DNA of 64,000 nucleotides from a virus: IMG/VR virus record IMGVR_UViG_3300029057_000206; one strand, 5' to 3'. Shown piece by piece: positions 53,774 to 64,000 of this stretch (position 1 is its first letter; each line of letters starts with the position of its first letter). The notes under the pieces were generated by a model. It saw only the letters and a program-made list of their open reading frames with translations, ran no database searches and was not told where the DNA came from. The position numbers and the translations under genes were made by a program.

Positions 53774-54739
53774 ATGGGAATGGATGTAAACATGCTTGCC
53801 TGCGTGCGGGCACTTGCAGAAAACAGAATACAGGATGCGAAGAAATACGCGGTCTGCTGTTGTGCCAATGACAATACGAAGAAAAATGAGAGCCAAGTCA
53901 GAAGATGTAAAAATCTTCTGCTCAACGGTCCAAATATGATCGAGCTGCCAGCAAATCTTAACGGGCTCCTACGTATGGAAGATGTGTCCAGCTTTCATGC
54001 CGAGCGGTACTACCTTGGGAAAACCCAGTGGGATCTTTTTGAAAAGATTAAACGTGGTGTGGCGGTCACGCTTAAATTAATGGAGTATGGGATTCCCTAC
54101 AAAAACAGCACCCTCATATACGGCGTGCCCGGCACTGGGAAAACGGAGTTTGCCAGATATGTGGCGTATTCCCTGGGTATTCCTTATGCATATATTAATT
54201 TTTCCTTCCTGATCGACTCATTCATGGGGAATACATCGAAGAATATCCAGCGTGTGTTCGATTTCTGCAAAGGGCAGAAATGTGTCCTGATGCTTGATGA
54301 GATCGACTGTATCGGATTAAAGCGCGGCATAGGAGGAAATGGGGGACCAGATGGGGAAATATCAAGAACGACCATTTCTCTTATGCAGGCATTGGACGAT
54401 CTGACAGACGGGCAGATCATCATTGCTGCCACGAACCGGTACGACCTGCTTGATCCCGCTTTGTCCAGACGGTTCCAGAACCATGTGGAATTCCGTCCAT
54501 TCAATTTTGAAGAAAACAGGGAGATGATGGAAAAATTCCTGGCGGCAGTGGACGAGTCTTTGCTGAGTGTTATGGAAATTGTAACGTATGCAAGAGAAAA
54601 CCATACGCAGGCAGAGGTAACCGGGCATCTCATTGAAGTACTGACGCGCAAGGTATCGCAGGAAGTGGATGTGGAAGCGGCGCTGGAAGCACTAAAAAGT
54701 GGGAATGGAAGAACAGATGACTGGGAAAAGCTTTTCTAA
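53774..54739 (+). CDS. AAA+ ATPase (classic AAA clade, FtsH/Vps4-like)
   Basis: Walker A GVPGTGKT, Walker B VLMLDEID, and second region of homology ATNRYDLLDPALSRRF. The start was set at the RBS-backed ATG 53774. Confidence 0.8.
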   Translation: MGMDVNMLACVRALAENRIQDAKKYAVCCCANDNTKKNESQVRRCKNLLLNGPNMIELPANLNGLLRMEDVSSFHAERYYLGKTQWDLFEKIKRGVAVTLKLMEYGIPYKNSTLIYGVPGTGKTEFARYVAYSLGIPYAYINFSFLIDSFMGNTSKNIQRVFDFCKGQKCVLMLDEIDCIGLKRGIGGNGGPDGEISRTTISLMQALDDLTDGQIIIAATNRYDLLDPALSRRFQNHVEFRPFNFEENREMMEKFLAAVDESLLSVMEIVTYARENHTQAEVTGHLIEVLTRKVSQEVDVEAALEALKSGNGRTDDWEKLF

Positions 54740-54769
54740 CCGGTATTAATGGCAATAAGGAGGAAAATC

Positions 54770-55693
54770 ATGGACAATCAGATTAACATTAAATATATGT
54801 TCACTGTGATCGGTGGAGGCTGGGAGCGTGTATCGAGGGCGTATTTTATTGCTGATGATAGGGTTTATTTTTTAAATAAGTTTTCACCAGATGATTTAAA
54901 AATGTTGGAGAATCATTTTGATGATATCACAGCTACACTTGCTTCCGTGAATTTTGATACAACCGGGCTGGATTTTGTGAATCATGGCACGAATGTAGGG
55001 TTTGATATGCCGACAATTACCATGTACCGGTATGAGGATGGGAAATACAAAAAATTGTGGTCAGAAGGGGATTATCGAAATTCAGAAGCTGTCGATACAA
55101 TCCAGAGCATTTTTCAGGATTCCGGCTACCTGGCAAAAGGGGGAAACCCGGTCTGCAAATACCGCTACTTCATGAGTGGGATGTTTTACCCGACTGACGG
55201 AAACGAATACGAGATCAATATTCCATCTCCAGTGATACATGACTCTGAAGAAGAAGCTATGGCTGATGGAAACTTTGGTTACCGCTTTATACAGATAGAT
55301 AGATCGGTTGGACCGGTAATCGTTATATTTGAAAATGAAAATTTCAAAGTCACAACTGATGAAAAAGGTCAGTCCTGTTTAGAACAATGGGTTGAAGGGA
55401 AAATCGTCGGTACTTATACGTTTGAACAATTCAAAAAATCGGGCGGATACATTCGAATGCTTAAACCGGAATGCAAAGGGAGAGGTTTCATTGATGGAAA
55501 TACCGATTTTGTTCCAACGGAGAAAACGTTTGCGGACATATTCCCGGATATTCAGCCGCAAAAGCTTTATTACATTGATAACGAAGCATATTGGATTGGT
55601 GAATTAAAGAGAAATAAGGAAGAAACTCCGGATGGAAAGCCGAAGCTGTATACCGGGGATATTAACGAGCTGATCAAGAAGTTCCAAAAGTAA
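54770..55693 (+). CDS. hypothetical protein
   Basis: RBS aaggagga, then ATG 54770. Confidence 0.5.
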   Translation: MDNQINIKYMFTVIGGGWERVSRAYFIADDRVYFLNKFSPDDLKMLENHFDDITATLASVNFDTTGLDFVNHGTNVGFDMPTITMYRYEDGKYKKLWSEGDYRNSEAVDTIQSIFQDSGYLAKGGNPVCKYRYFMSGMFYPTDGNEYEINIPSPVIHDSEEEAMADGNFGYRFIQIDRSVGPVIVIFENENFKVTTDEKGQSCLEQWVEGKIVGTYTFEQFKKSGGYIRMLKPECKGRGFIDGNTDFVPTEKTFADIFPDIQPQKLYYIDNEAYWIGELKRNKEETPDGKPKLYTGDINELIKKFQK

Positions 55694-55764
55694 TCAGATC
55701 CGCAAAGTTGCCTCATGCCGGGGCAGTTTCTTATCGTCAAATACGGATACACAGAGGTTTAAAT

Positions 55765-56505
55765 ATGTTGGAAAAATACAGTTATGAATTGTGGAATGGA
55801 AATTGTCTGGAATTAATGAAATCTATTCCTGATAAATCAATAGATATGATTTTATGTGATCTGCCATATGGGACAACTAAGTGCAAATGGGATATCGTAA
55901 TACCATTTAAACCAATGTGGGATCAATATAGTCGTATTGCAAAAGATAATGCTGCAATCGTATTGTTTGGACAGGAGCCATTTTCTTCTTTATTAAGGGT
56001 AAGCAATATCAGCGATTACAAGTATGATATTTACTGGGAAAAAGAGCGGTTAACAAATATTAATCAGGTTAAACGGAGAGTTGGGAAAACTGTAGAGACA
56101 ATATCTGTATTTTATAAAAAACAATGTACATATAATCCTCAAATGATTAAGTATGAAGGAAAACTAAGGAAAAACAGGGTAAAAAATGGTAAACTCGGAA
56201 AACTTACAGATGAAAATGAAAAAAAAGTAATTGAATATAATGATACTGGGTGGCGTTACCCTACGCAAGTTTGGAAATTTCAGAGGGATTGCCTAACTTC
56301 AAATTTGCATCCAACTCAAAAACCATTGCTTTTATGTGAAACGCTTGTCAAAACATTCTCTAATGAAGGTGATATTGTCCTGGATAATTGTATGGGGTCT
56401 GGAACAGTTGGTGTAGCATGCAAACTTCTAAATCGTAAATTTATTGGTATAGAACTTGAAGAGAACTATTTCAAAATTGCAAAGGAAAGGATTAGCCAAA
56501 ATTGA
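55765..56505 (+). CDS. DNA amino-methyltransferase (N6-adenine or N4-cytosine), beta class (motif IV precedes motif I)
   Basis: Motif IV DLPYG and motif I VLDNCMGSGTVGVA. Confidence 0.75.
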   Translation: MLEKYSYELWNGNCLELMKSIPDKSIDMILCDLPYGTTKCKWDIVIPFKPMWDQYSRIAKDNAAIVLFGQEPFSSLLRVSNISDYKYDIYWEKERLTNINQVKRRVGKTVETISVFYKKQCTYNPQMIKYEGKLRKNRVKNGKLGKLTDENEKKVIEYNDTGWRYPTQVWKFQRDCLTSNLHPTQKPLLLCETLVKTFSNEGDIVLDNCMGSGTVGVACKLLNRKFIGIELEENYFKIAKERISQN

Positions 56506-58322
56506 GAAAAGGACAGATTAAATTACTGGAAAAAGCAGAAAAAGAAGGATTTACAGAAGAACAGCTGGCTGTATTACGTGGTAATCAGATGTTATACACT
56601 TTAGATTATTATTACTTTTTGCTGAAGCGTGGTGTTTCTGCTTCTGTAATTAATGCAATCATCAAAGCTGGTGAAGGATGGGGAATGCATTCGTTTGGAT
56701 TCCAGTTGATGGAATGTGGTTATTCATTGGAGGATATCCTTACATATATTGAGAAAAGCAAAAAGCTGTTACTTAATCATAATTATTTTTACGAAGAGAT
56801 CATGACAGGGAAAAGTAAAAATGAAACTGATGTGTCTTTGCGTAAAAGCTATGCAGAAACACTTATACAGATTCCCGAATTATTGAGTTGCCATGATCAA
56901 TATATTACAAGGGCTGTCGAATTTGCAATCAATTCACGAATTTCAGTGAAAGATTTTATTGAGGAATTTTTCCCAAAGGAAGAGGATAGCTGGAAGGTCT
57001 TTAGAAACGGAAATTATAAAGATAGCCAGTATACCGCTTTACTTTCGTTTTGGCGTAACCATATTCCACATTTATCAGACTTGTTATTGCCCAATGACAA
57101 CAGTTTGTTTTACGAGCAGAAAGAAGTAGCTTTGGAAGATCAGATGAAACTTTTTATGGAAGCATGGAAAGCCCTTAACCATGTAACAGGGAAAGAACAT
57201 TTCATTAAAATAAAAGACTGCCCCATGTACTACAGGAGTATTGACATTAATAAGTCAGCAGTTAATATTTATCTGGCTTCGTCTTCTTATACAAATATTA
57301 ACAAAGGCGAATTCCATTTTGATGTACCGGAAGTATCTATGAAACTGGTCATTTTCCATTCCGGTGGATATTACTATAAGGGTTTCAAAGACCGGCTGTT
57401 CCCGCTTTCCTTAAAGAAATTAAGTTCCATTTGGAATGATTATGGAAATCTTGGAAAACAGGTGGTTACATTCATCCTTGGACATGCAATGGAAAAATTA
57501 AATGCCCTGGTCATGAAGGATATCCTGCGGACATTTGAAAAAGATAATTTTATGCTGCTTCCAATCAGACTTATCGACTGCCGGGATTCGTATAATTACA
57601 ATCATCTGCTTCAGAAGAGGTGGGTTGCTGCGGATAAGATCAACTGGAGCAGGACAGACGTCAACCTTGCTTACCTCGTAATTAAAAGTCTTCCGTACCT
57701 GGGACGTGAAATCGATAAAAAACGATTATTACAGACAAAAGATGCATCCCTGCTTGATGTGGTGGATTCTTCCTTCTGGAAGAGGAGATGGAACAACGAA
57801 TGTATTTCCACTTTCCTCGGATGCTTTATTGCAGGCGGTATCAGTGATGTGCCTGAAGACGGCGATCTGGATAATGTCAGAATCACAGCGAATGATTACA
57901 TAAAAATGGCACACGAGATGCACCAAAAGGTTAAGCTTGGGTTCCGTAGCTGGAAGAAACTTAAGGATGCGCATGACAAAATATCAAAGAAATACAAAAA
58001 TCGACTTCACCGGGTGCATGTTCCAAAGAACAGCAAGTTCAACCATCTGAGGGAACTGCTCCCGGAATCCTATGAATGGATCCGTACAGGCAGCCGTCTC
58101 CGCATGGAAGGTATTGAGATGGGGCACTGTGTGAATTCTTACTGGCAATACATAAACCAGGATACCTGTGCCATATATTCCTTTACAGCAGGAGAAAAAC
58201 GCTACACTGCAGAATTCCGTGTTGGCAGTAACGGGAAATATACGGTCCGGCAGATCCAGTCAAAGTATGACAGGGGATGTCCGGCTTCTGTCCGGAAACA
58301 GGTGGGTAAGTTGATTTCCTAA
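56502..58322 (+). CDS. large hypothetical protein, possibly PcfJ-like C-terminal domain (EGIEMGHCVNSY); translationally coupled to the MTase
   Basis: There is a 4-nt overlap (TTGA) with the MTase stop. 606 aa. Confidence 0.45.
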   Translation: MRKGQIKLLEKAEKEGFTEEQLAVLRGNQMLYTLDYYYFLLKRGVSASVINAIIKAGEGWGMHSFGFQLMECGYSLEDILTYIEKSKKLLLNHNYFYEEIMTGKSKNETDVSLRKSYAETLIQIPELLSCHDQYITRAVEFAINSRISVKDFIEEFFPKEEDSWKVFRNGNYKDSQYTALLSFWRNHIPHLSDLLLPNDNSLFYEQKEVALEDQMKLFMEAWKALNHVTGKEHFIKIKDCPMYYRSIDINKSAVNIYLASSSYTNINKGEFHFDVPEVSMKLVIFHSGGYYYKGFKDRLFPLSLKKLSSIWNDYGNLGKQVVTFILGHAMEKLNALVMKDILRTFEKDNFMLLPIRLIDCRDSYNYNHLLQKRWVAADKINWSRTDVNLAYLVIKSLPYLGREIDKKRLLQTKDASLLDVVDSSFWKRRWNNECISTFLGCFIAGGISDVPEDGDLDNVRITANDYIKMAHEMHQKVKLGFRSWKKLKDAHDKISKKYKNRLHRVHVPKNSKFNHLRELLPESYEWIRTGSRLRMEGIEMGHCVNSYWQYINQDTCAIYSFTAGEKRYTAEFRVGSNGKYTVRQIQSKYDRGCPASVRKQVGKLIS

Positions 58323-58421
58323 TCGGTACCGGAAACAAAACTGCCGTAAGGAAAACATGACATGCGGATTTTTATGTCATCCTTTAAATACGGAATAAGA
58401 TCGGAGATTCGATAATAAATC

Positions 58422-58607
58422 ATGGGTTTTAAATTTGAAGAAAAAAACGTCAGCTTAAAATGCACTGAGTGCGGTCAGGATTACGAAGATACGCAGATAA
58501 TTGTGAATGGTGTTCCGAGCTGCAAATTCCACATATGTCCGGAATGTAAAAGAAAGTTTGAGAAAGTTTTTTTGGAAAGATCAACGAAGTTGATAAGAAA
58601 GGAGTAG
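58422..58607 (+). CDS. hypothetical zinc-ribbon peptide
   Basis: CTECG...CPECK. Confidence 0.35.
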   Translation: MGFKFEEKNVSLKCTECGQDYEDTQIIVNGVPSCKFHICPECKRKFEKVFLERSTKLIRKE

Positions 58608-58610
58608 GGA

Positions 58611-58946
58611 ATGAGTATATTTCTTTTGATTTTTGGAATTATTTGTGCGGTTGTTGGAGTAATTATTGCAATATTCGGCTGCGTTACCCGTGATAAGGAT
58701 GTTGTTGCAATTATTGGAGGTATTATAATTGTATTACTAGACATTGATACGATCATAGGACGGAATGAAAAATCGCCTTATGAAATACAGGCAGAACTTG
58801 AATCAGAAGCTATTGAAAACTATGATAATGGTTCGGAAGTTTATATCAATGGCAAGAAAAACAATGATATAGATATTAACGGTATTAATCTTGATAAATA
58901 CAATATTAAAATCAAGGAAGGAAAAATTTACCTGATTGATAAATAA
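58611..58946 (+). CDS. membrane protein, family Z (paralog of 49001..49426)
   Basis: C-terminus INGINLDKYNIKIKEGKIYLIDK. Confidence 0.45.
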   Translation: MSIFLLIFGIICAVVGVIIAIFGCVTRDKDVVAIIGGIIIVLLDIDTIIGRNEKSPYEIQAELESEAIENYDNGSEVYINGKKNNDIDINGINLDKYNIKIKEGKIYLIDK

Positions 58947-59017
58947 GCAGCCAAAACACAGTTCCATATTCATGATATAGGACTGTGTTTTTTTTGTAAG
59001 AAAATAAATAAAATTTT

Positions 59018-59062
59018 AAATTTCCTTTGACGAATTTTGAGATGGATAAATATATATACTGA
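59018..59062 (+). promoter_or_regulatory. promoter element P copy 11 (degenerate)
   Basis: aatttcctttgacgaattttgagatggataaatatatat. Confidence 0.3.
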
Positions 59063-59148
59063 AGATAAAAATTGCCATACAGGAGACAGAACACATAGAA
59101 TTTTCTGTCATCCTTTAAATATCAGAAAATTAAAGGAGAACAATTTCC

Positions 59149-60585
59149 ATGAAAGAAAAATTTTTCCACCAGCTTCTTTCCATGTTTGGGGTAACACCGG
59201 AATATCCGGAAACACTTATCCCGTCCGTAGAGGATACCGCGAGAATTTTAAAAATAAACCCGGAAATATATAAGAGATTTGAGAATGCCTATCAGACTTC
59301 AGATGCTATAGGTATTCCCGGCTATTCCGTAAATGCAAAACAGGCTGCCAGAGAAAAAGAGGGAGTGGATACATCTGCTCCGGATCTTTCCTCTCTTATG
59401 AACAGAATCGTTAGAGAGTTGGAAAACGATACTTTTATCTGGCAGTACACGGATGGAACTGTTTCCCCATTCAGTATCAACATGCCGGAAATACCGGAAC
59501 CTGTAACAGTGGAAGAGTTAAACATGGTTCCACGGGAATACCGCCCACAGCTTGCCGGGAATGTCGTCTGCAGGGGCTGGAATGACCATGCTGGACGGCA
59601 GGCTGCATACTGGTATAACCTTGCAGTCACTGAAAAATCAGAAAAGAAAAGGGAAGAAGCTTATTCCATGTTCCGGAAAAGTCTGGATATCCTTAACCCT
59701 GATCTTGTTACATACAAAATGATGGGGATGAATGTCAATTCCATGGGTTACTGGCTTCCAAAGATGGTGAATGCCATAAAGGAAGACGGCTTCTTTAAAA
59801 TCCCAGACACAACAATCATTAAAATCCCGCTTCCTCTGTTACAGCTCACATTTCTGGAATACAGCGACATTAACCGTACAACCCTTGATATCGTTGATGA
59901 TTACTGCAGGAAGGTTTTTTCGTTGGACGAGACAAAGGAATACTTCATTAAAACCGGAGTTTTTTCATCCAAATATGATTTCAGAAATGCCCGTGTAAGT
60001 GGGGCAAAGGAAGTTCGTGAACTTGGCGAATACCTGCTGTATATCCATGGATTTTCAAGGGTTGTTGGTGGCCCAACATCCTATGGTGCTGCCACAACTA
60101 ACGAGTGGGTGGTTCGTGACTTTATTCCGGACACAGAGAATAACCCAACGATCTACCATGGTCTGCCGCTCCATACGGAATACCGGGTATTTGTGGATTT
60201 TAATGCTACGGATTCCTTTGAGCAGGTGCTTGGTATCAGTCCATATTGGGAACCAAAAACCATGAAAAATCATTTCAAGCCTCTTGCAGAAGGCCGCAGG
60301 GGAATGGATCCGGATGCATACCATGACTACTGCACGTATTCCGTTGCCGAGGAAAAACTGATGAAGAGGTACGAAGAAAACAAGGAGAGGGTTCTGGATC
60401 ATGTTTTGAATATCGTCCGCTGCAATGAACGGATGCACGGGCAGTGGTCCATGGATATTATGCAGAATGGAAATGATTTCTGGTTTATCGACATGGCAAC
60501 AGCAAGTGCATCTGCATTAAATGAATGTATTCCTAAAGGAAAATTAAAAAAGATGAAAGAAAACTGGATTCCAGAGATCAGATAG
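59149..60585 (+). CDS. hypothetical protein (possible ATP-grasp-like fold, low confidence)
   Basis: 478 aa. RBS aaggagaaca. Confidence 0.5.
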   Translation: MKEKFFHQLLSMFGVTPEYPETLIPSVEDTARILKINPEIYKRFENAYQTSDAIGIPGYSVNAKQAAREKEGVDTSAPDLSSLMNRIVRELENDTFIWQYTDGTVSPFSINMPEIPEPVTVEELNMVPREYRPQLAGNVVCRGWNDHAGRQAAYWYNLAVTEKSEKKREEAYSMFRKSLDILNPDLVTYKMMGMNVNSMGYWLPKMVNAIKEDGFFKIPDTTIIKIPLPLLQLTFLEYSDINRTTLDIVDDYCRKVFSLDETKEYFIKTGVFSSKYDFRNARVSGAKEVRELGEYLLYIHGFSRVVGGPTSYGAATTNEWVVRDFIPDTENNPTIYHGLPLHTEYRVFVDFNATDSFEQVLGISPYWEPKTMKNHFKPLAEGRRGMDPDAYHDYCTYSVAEEKLMKRYEENKERVLDHVLNIVRCNERMHGQWSMDIMQNGNDFWFIDMATASASALNECIPKGKLKKMKENWIPEIR

Positions 60586-60595
60586 GAGGAGAATT

Positions 60596-61306
60596 GTGAA
60601 ACTTACCAAAATAAAAAATCCTGAATTGGCGTTTCAATATTGTAAGAAAATTGCTAAGGAAATCAATGAATTTATATTGCAATCTGTGGCCTTGCAGGTG
60701 TTGGAAGATAATAAACAAAAATTCTTGACGATAAAAGGATCTGATTGGCAGCACCATAATTACGCTGGTGGTTTAATCGTGCATACCTGTAATGTAACAT
60801 TAAATGCTATTTCCTTGGCCGAATTTTATAAAGAAAAAGTTAATATTGATCTTGTCAAGTTTTGTGCACTTATGCATGATGTCGGAAAACTGTTTGATTA
60901 TGAAGCGCAGCAAGAATATGTAAGGGCAAATACAGTTTCCATGAATCAGGCTTTATTAGGGCATAGTTTTGAAGGCGCCAGCTATATTTCAAAAATGTTG
61001 GAGAATGCATATTCAAAAAAAGATATTAACGTATCGAAGGATTACATATGTCATGTAGTTACACAGGTTTCTCACTGTATAGGAGCGCATATGGATGGAT
61101 TTGGGGCCTGTTCTAAACAGCAAATGTATGAAGTTCTTATTATAGGTTGTGCCGATAAAGTTGATTCCTATTTAGAACAAACTGTTGTCGATGATAATGA
61201 ATATTCATTTACTATTGGAACGGGAGAAACTTTTTACAAAGCATCTGTTGATCCGAATGAAGTATTACCGATATGGGATAATCCGTTACAGGAAGATTTA
61301 CAATAG
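60596..61306 (+). CDS. HD-domain phosphohydrolase
   Basis: HD motif ALMHDVGK. The HHNYAGG upstream His provides the other metal ligand. Confidence 0.6.
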   Translation: MKLTKIKNPELAFQYCKKIAKEINEFILQSVALQVLEDNKQKFLTIKGSDWQHHNYAGGLIVHTCNVTLNAISLAEFYKEKVNIDLVKFCALMHDVGKLFDYEAQQEYVRANTVSMNQALLGHSFEGASYISKMLENAYSKKDINVSKDYICHVVTQVSHCIGAHMDGFGACSKQQMYEVLIIGCADKVDSYLEQTVVDDNEYSFTIGTGETFYKASVDPNEVLPIWDNPLQEDLQ

Positions 61307-61319
61307 GAGTAAAAATGAA

Positions 61320-61760
61320 AATCATTTATTCTAAATATACATTTGAAGAAGTCCACAATACAAGAAGATCCGGCTATTACTGGCAGGCTTCAAAAGAAGC
61401 GGCAGCTAATTACAGTTCATTCGGGTCTTCCAACCACAGCACGTAGCTCGGTGCTGTCTACGGTAGCAGCGACGCGTTGTATGTTTCCTCGAACGGCAAC
61501 GTCTATGGTGACAGTCAGTATTTGGATCTCGTTGCTGCTCCTGCATTTAACCTCGACTTGTAATAACAATGTTTTAGAACTTGGGAAAACATACAGATTT
61601 TCCGGTTATGACTGGACGGCCTGTGAGCTGATCAACAATGGTAAAACCCTTGTAATCCAGTCCCATGGTGTGACAAGTGGTGCATGGCCGGGATATGTAA
61701 TGCCGCAGTTCGGCAACGGGAATTTTTATAAAGCAATGTCTGACCCCTTGGAAATATAAT
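61320..61760 (+). pseudogene. juxtaposed fragments of two family-Y genes (a C-terminal piece ...GYYWQASKEAA...AAPAFNLDL*, then an N-terminal piece NNNVLELGKTYRFSGY...GNGNFY*)
   Basis: The frame switches at ~61560. Both pieces align to 63159..63785. Confidence 0.5.
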
Positions 61761-62547
61761 ACTTTTTGAAAACCCAGATGCCACTTCTGTGCAAATACCG
61801 TCCGGCAGGAGAAAAGACAGGAAAGAGAAAGCAACGGCACAATATAAACCAGAAATTGATGAAGGGAAAATTAAAAATCATAAAAATTTATCAAATGAAA
61901 ATGGAGGATATTTTATGCATGGAGATTTATTAAAAAACGAAATACAGCTTGCAAAGGATGAATGTTGTGTTATTTTTGACTTTGGTTGTTATTTCCCTTA
62001 TAAAAATACGGAAGATCTGACGTTTGATTTTTCGTTAGGAGGGAAGCAACTTCATGATAAAAAATTAAATCATAGGTATCCTAATACCGGATATCAGACA
62101 ATTTCACGAAAATATGGAAGAAAAGTGAGTAAACTAGGATATCCATACGTTATGAAATTGGACGAGCAGGATATTATGCTTTTAAAAATCAAGGTTGGAT
62201 TATGTGAAAACACAAATACTTTAATTTTCCCCATTCAGACATATATGACGCAAGATCGTCCGGCATGCGTATTATCGATGAATTACATATTCGATGAAAT
62301 GAAAGTTCGTTTTATGTCCCATGATTCAAAAGACGGAGGATGGCATCAGCATAATTGGTATAATTATATGCCGGCTGAATTGATTGGGGAAAATGAAAGT
62401 GTGATAACTGGAAAAATGGAAGGAAAACGTATCATTTACCATGATGTGATCAAGCCATTTCCGTCTTCAAAAGACAATCTTCTAATCTAACAATAAACAT
62501 GAAATTACTTAAAAATAAATAATAAATTTAATTCAGAAGGAAACAAA

Positions 62548-63162
62548 ATGAATAATGAAATTATGCTTAATGAAAACAAATCAATATCAAAAAATGCTCC
62601 TGAACCTGGCAAAACCTACAAGTTTGCAGGGTACAAGTGGACGGTCTGTGAGGTGGACAGCAAGCGTCATACCGCTGTGATCCAGTCCCATGGTGTAACC
62701 CATGGAAAATGGCCGGGCTTTGTAATGCCACAGTTTGGCAATGGTAATTACTATGCTGATTCCATTGATGGACAGGATATCAGTGCCTATGACAACAAGA
62801 TGCAGGCACTCTACGATGCCATCAAGGATGCTGAGGATTCATCCACTTCCTATGGTAAGGGATTGTTTCTTATTAGCAAAGAAAAAGTCGGTTTTACGGA
62901 ATGGGGTAAATCTGGTTCCGGAAATTACTGGCAGGCTTTGAAAAAAACAGCGGAAAACGCCTGTTCGTTCGGGTCTCCCGACAACTATGCGTGGCTTGGT
63001 ACCGTCTACGGTAGCGGCGGCGCGTGGTATGTCAACTCGAATGGCGGCGTCTCCTACAACGATCAGAGCGACGACTATGTGGTCGCGCCCGCTTTTAATC
63101 TCGACTTATCCAAAGTTGAGGTTGTTGAAAATCAAATTGTCAAAATAAGGTTAGAAAGGTGA
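62548..63162 (+). CDS. hypothetical protein, family Y
   Basis: 204 aa. Paralog of 19537 and 63159. Confidence 0.6.
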   Translation: MNNEIMLNENKSISKNAPEPGKTYKFAGYKWTVCEVDSKRHTAVIQSHGVTHGKWPGFVMPQFGNGNYYADSIDGQDISAYDNKMQALYDAIKDAEDSSTSYGKGLFLISKEKVGFTEWGKSGSGNYWQALKKTAENACSFGSPDNYAWLGTVYGSGGAWYVNSNGGVSYNDQSDDYVVAPAFNLDLSKVEVVENQIVKIRLER

Positions 63163-63785
63163 AAAATATGAATAGTCAAATTACAAAAAATAACAATGTT
63201 TTAGAACTCGGAAAAACATACCAATTTGCCGGTTATAAATGGACAGCCTGTGAACTGATCAATAAAGGTAAAACTCTTGTGATCCAGTCCCATGGTGTAA
63301 CCCATGGCGCATGGCCGGGATATGTAATGCCGCAGTTCGGCAACGGGAATTTTTATGCAGCAGATATTGATGGCGAGGATATTAGTGCCTACGATGACAA
63401 GATGCAGACACTCTACGATGCCATCAAGGAGGCTGAGGATTCATCCGCTTCCTATAGTAAGGGATTGTTTCTTATTAGCAAAGAAAAAGCCGGTTTTACG
63501 GAATGGCGTGAACCCGGCTCTGGAAATTACTGGCAGGCTTTGAAAGAGGCTGCGATGAATTATCAGTCGTTCGGGGCTGCCGACGGCATCGCGTCGCTCG
63601 GTACTGTCAACGGCAGCAACAACGCGTGGTATGTCTACTCGGATGGCTACGTCTACAACGACGAAAATCAGGACTACGACTTTGTTGTCGCGCCCGCTTT
63701 TAATCTCGATTTATCCAAAATAGAGATTGTTGGGGACGAGATTATCATTATGCATAAAGAAAATTTTAAAGATGAAGAAAAATAA
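63159..63785 (+). CDS. hypothetical protein, family Y
   Basis: 208 aa. Overlaps the upstream paralog by 4 nt. Confidence 0.6.
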   Translation: MKNMNSQITKNNNVLELGKTYQFAGYKWTACELINKGKTLVIQSHGVTHGAWPGYVMPQFGNGNFYAADIDGEDISAYDDKMQTLYDAIKEAEDSSASYSKGLFLISKEKAGFTEWREPGSGNYWQALKEAAMNYQSFGAADGIASLGTVNGSNNAWYVYSDGYVYNDENQDYDFVVAPAFNLDLSKIEIVGDEIIIMHKENFKDEEK

Positions 63786-63930
63786 TATAATGAATTACGT
63801 TTTAAATTTATGGCGAAAAATCCACAGGCTTGCCTGTGGGATGAAAGCTACATTTTTCACTTACTTGTTTCAACAGTTGGACACATAAGTGAAACTACAG
63901 TGATCAAATACATTGAGGAGCAGAAAATAC

Positions 63931-64000
63931 ATGGATGCTGACGAGTACAAAAAACTTCTGAAAAAATTTCATAAACTTTCTGACAGGCATATCCTGGTCG
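63931..64000 (+). CDS. hypothetical protein, 5' end only (runs off the window)
   Basis: RBS gaggagcag, then ATG 63931. Confidence 0.3.
   Translation, partial: MDADEYKKLLKKFHKLSDRHILV

Overview
AT-rich Firmicutes (Clostridia-like) chromosomal segment with GGAGG-type ribosome-binding sites. The first ~3.7 kb holds core genes: the 3' end of ligA, two or three small hypotheticals, and cca (CCA-adding enzyme). From ~3.7 kb to the window end there is a ~60 kb accessory island. The island contains an IS1182-family IS and an IS200/IS605 element (tnpA/tnpB) that has truncated a C5-methyltransferase gene. It carries dozens of small hypothetical genes, each fronted by one of two recurring promoter/leader modules. 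It has a tightly packed 13-member minus-strand tRNA array that encodes no CCA and includes degenerate members. It also encodes an intact multi-TRD C5-MTase, an amino-MTase coupled to a PcfJ-like protein, flotillin, an SF2 DEAH helicase, an intracellular BspA-type LRR protein, an HExxH protein, a split FtsH-like pair (M41 peptidase gene followed by a separate AAA+ gene), HAD nucleotidases, GNAT, ASCH and HD proteins, and several paralog families. The centrepiece is a minimal Cas3-less type I-C Cascade (cas5c-cas8c-cas7c, with no cas3/cas4/cas1/cas2). It is surrounded by five dispersed CRISPR-like arrays whose repeats are all mutually divergent, two of them 2-repeat mini-arrays, plus a solitary degenerate repeat in front of cas5c. 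One spacer matches, with a 15-nt seed, a ~45-bp promoter element (TTTGACGATTTTTCAAAAGGCGCAATATGTGTATTG) that recurs 11 times in the island, including in front of the cas operon, in front of array 1, and in front of two families of small structured RNAs. I read this as a candidate CRISPR-guided transcriptional regulatory (CreTA-like) circuit rather than an adaptive immune locus. All coordinates are hand-derived, and tRNA calls and exact boundaries should be re-checked with tools.
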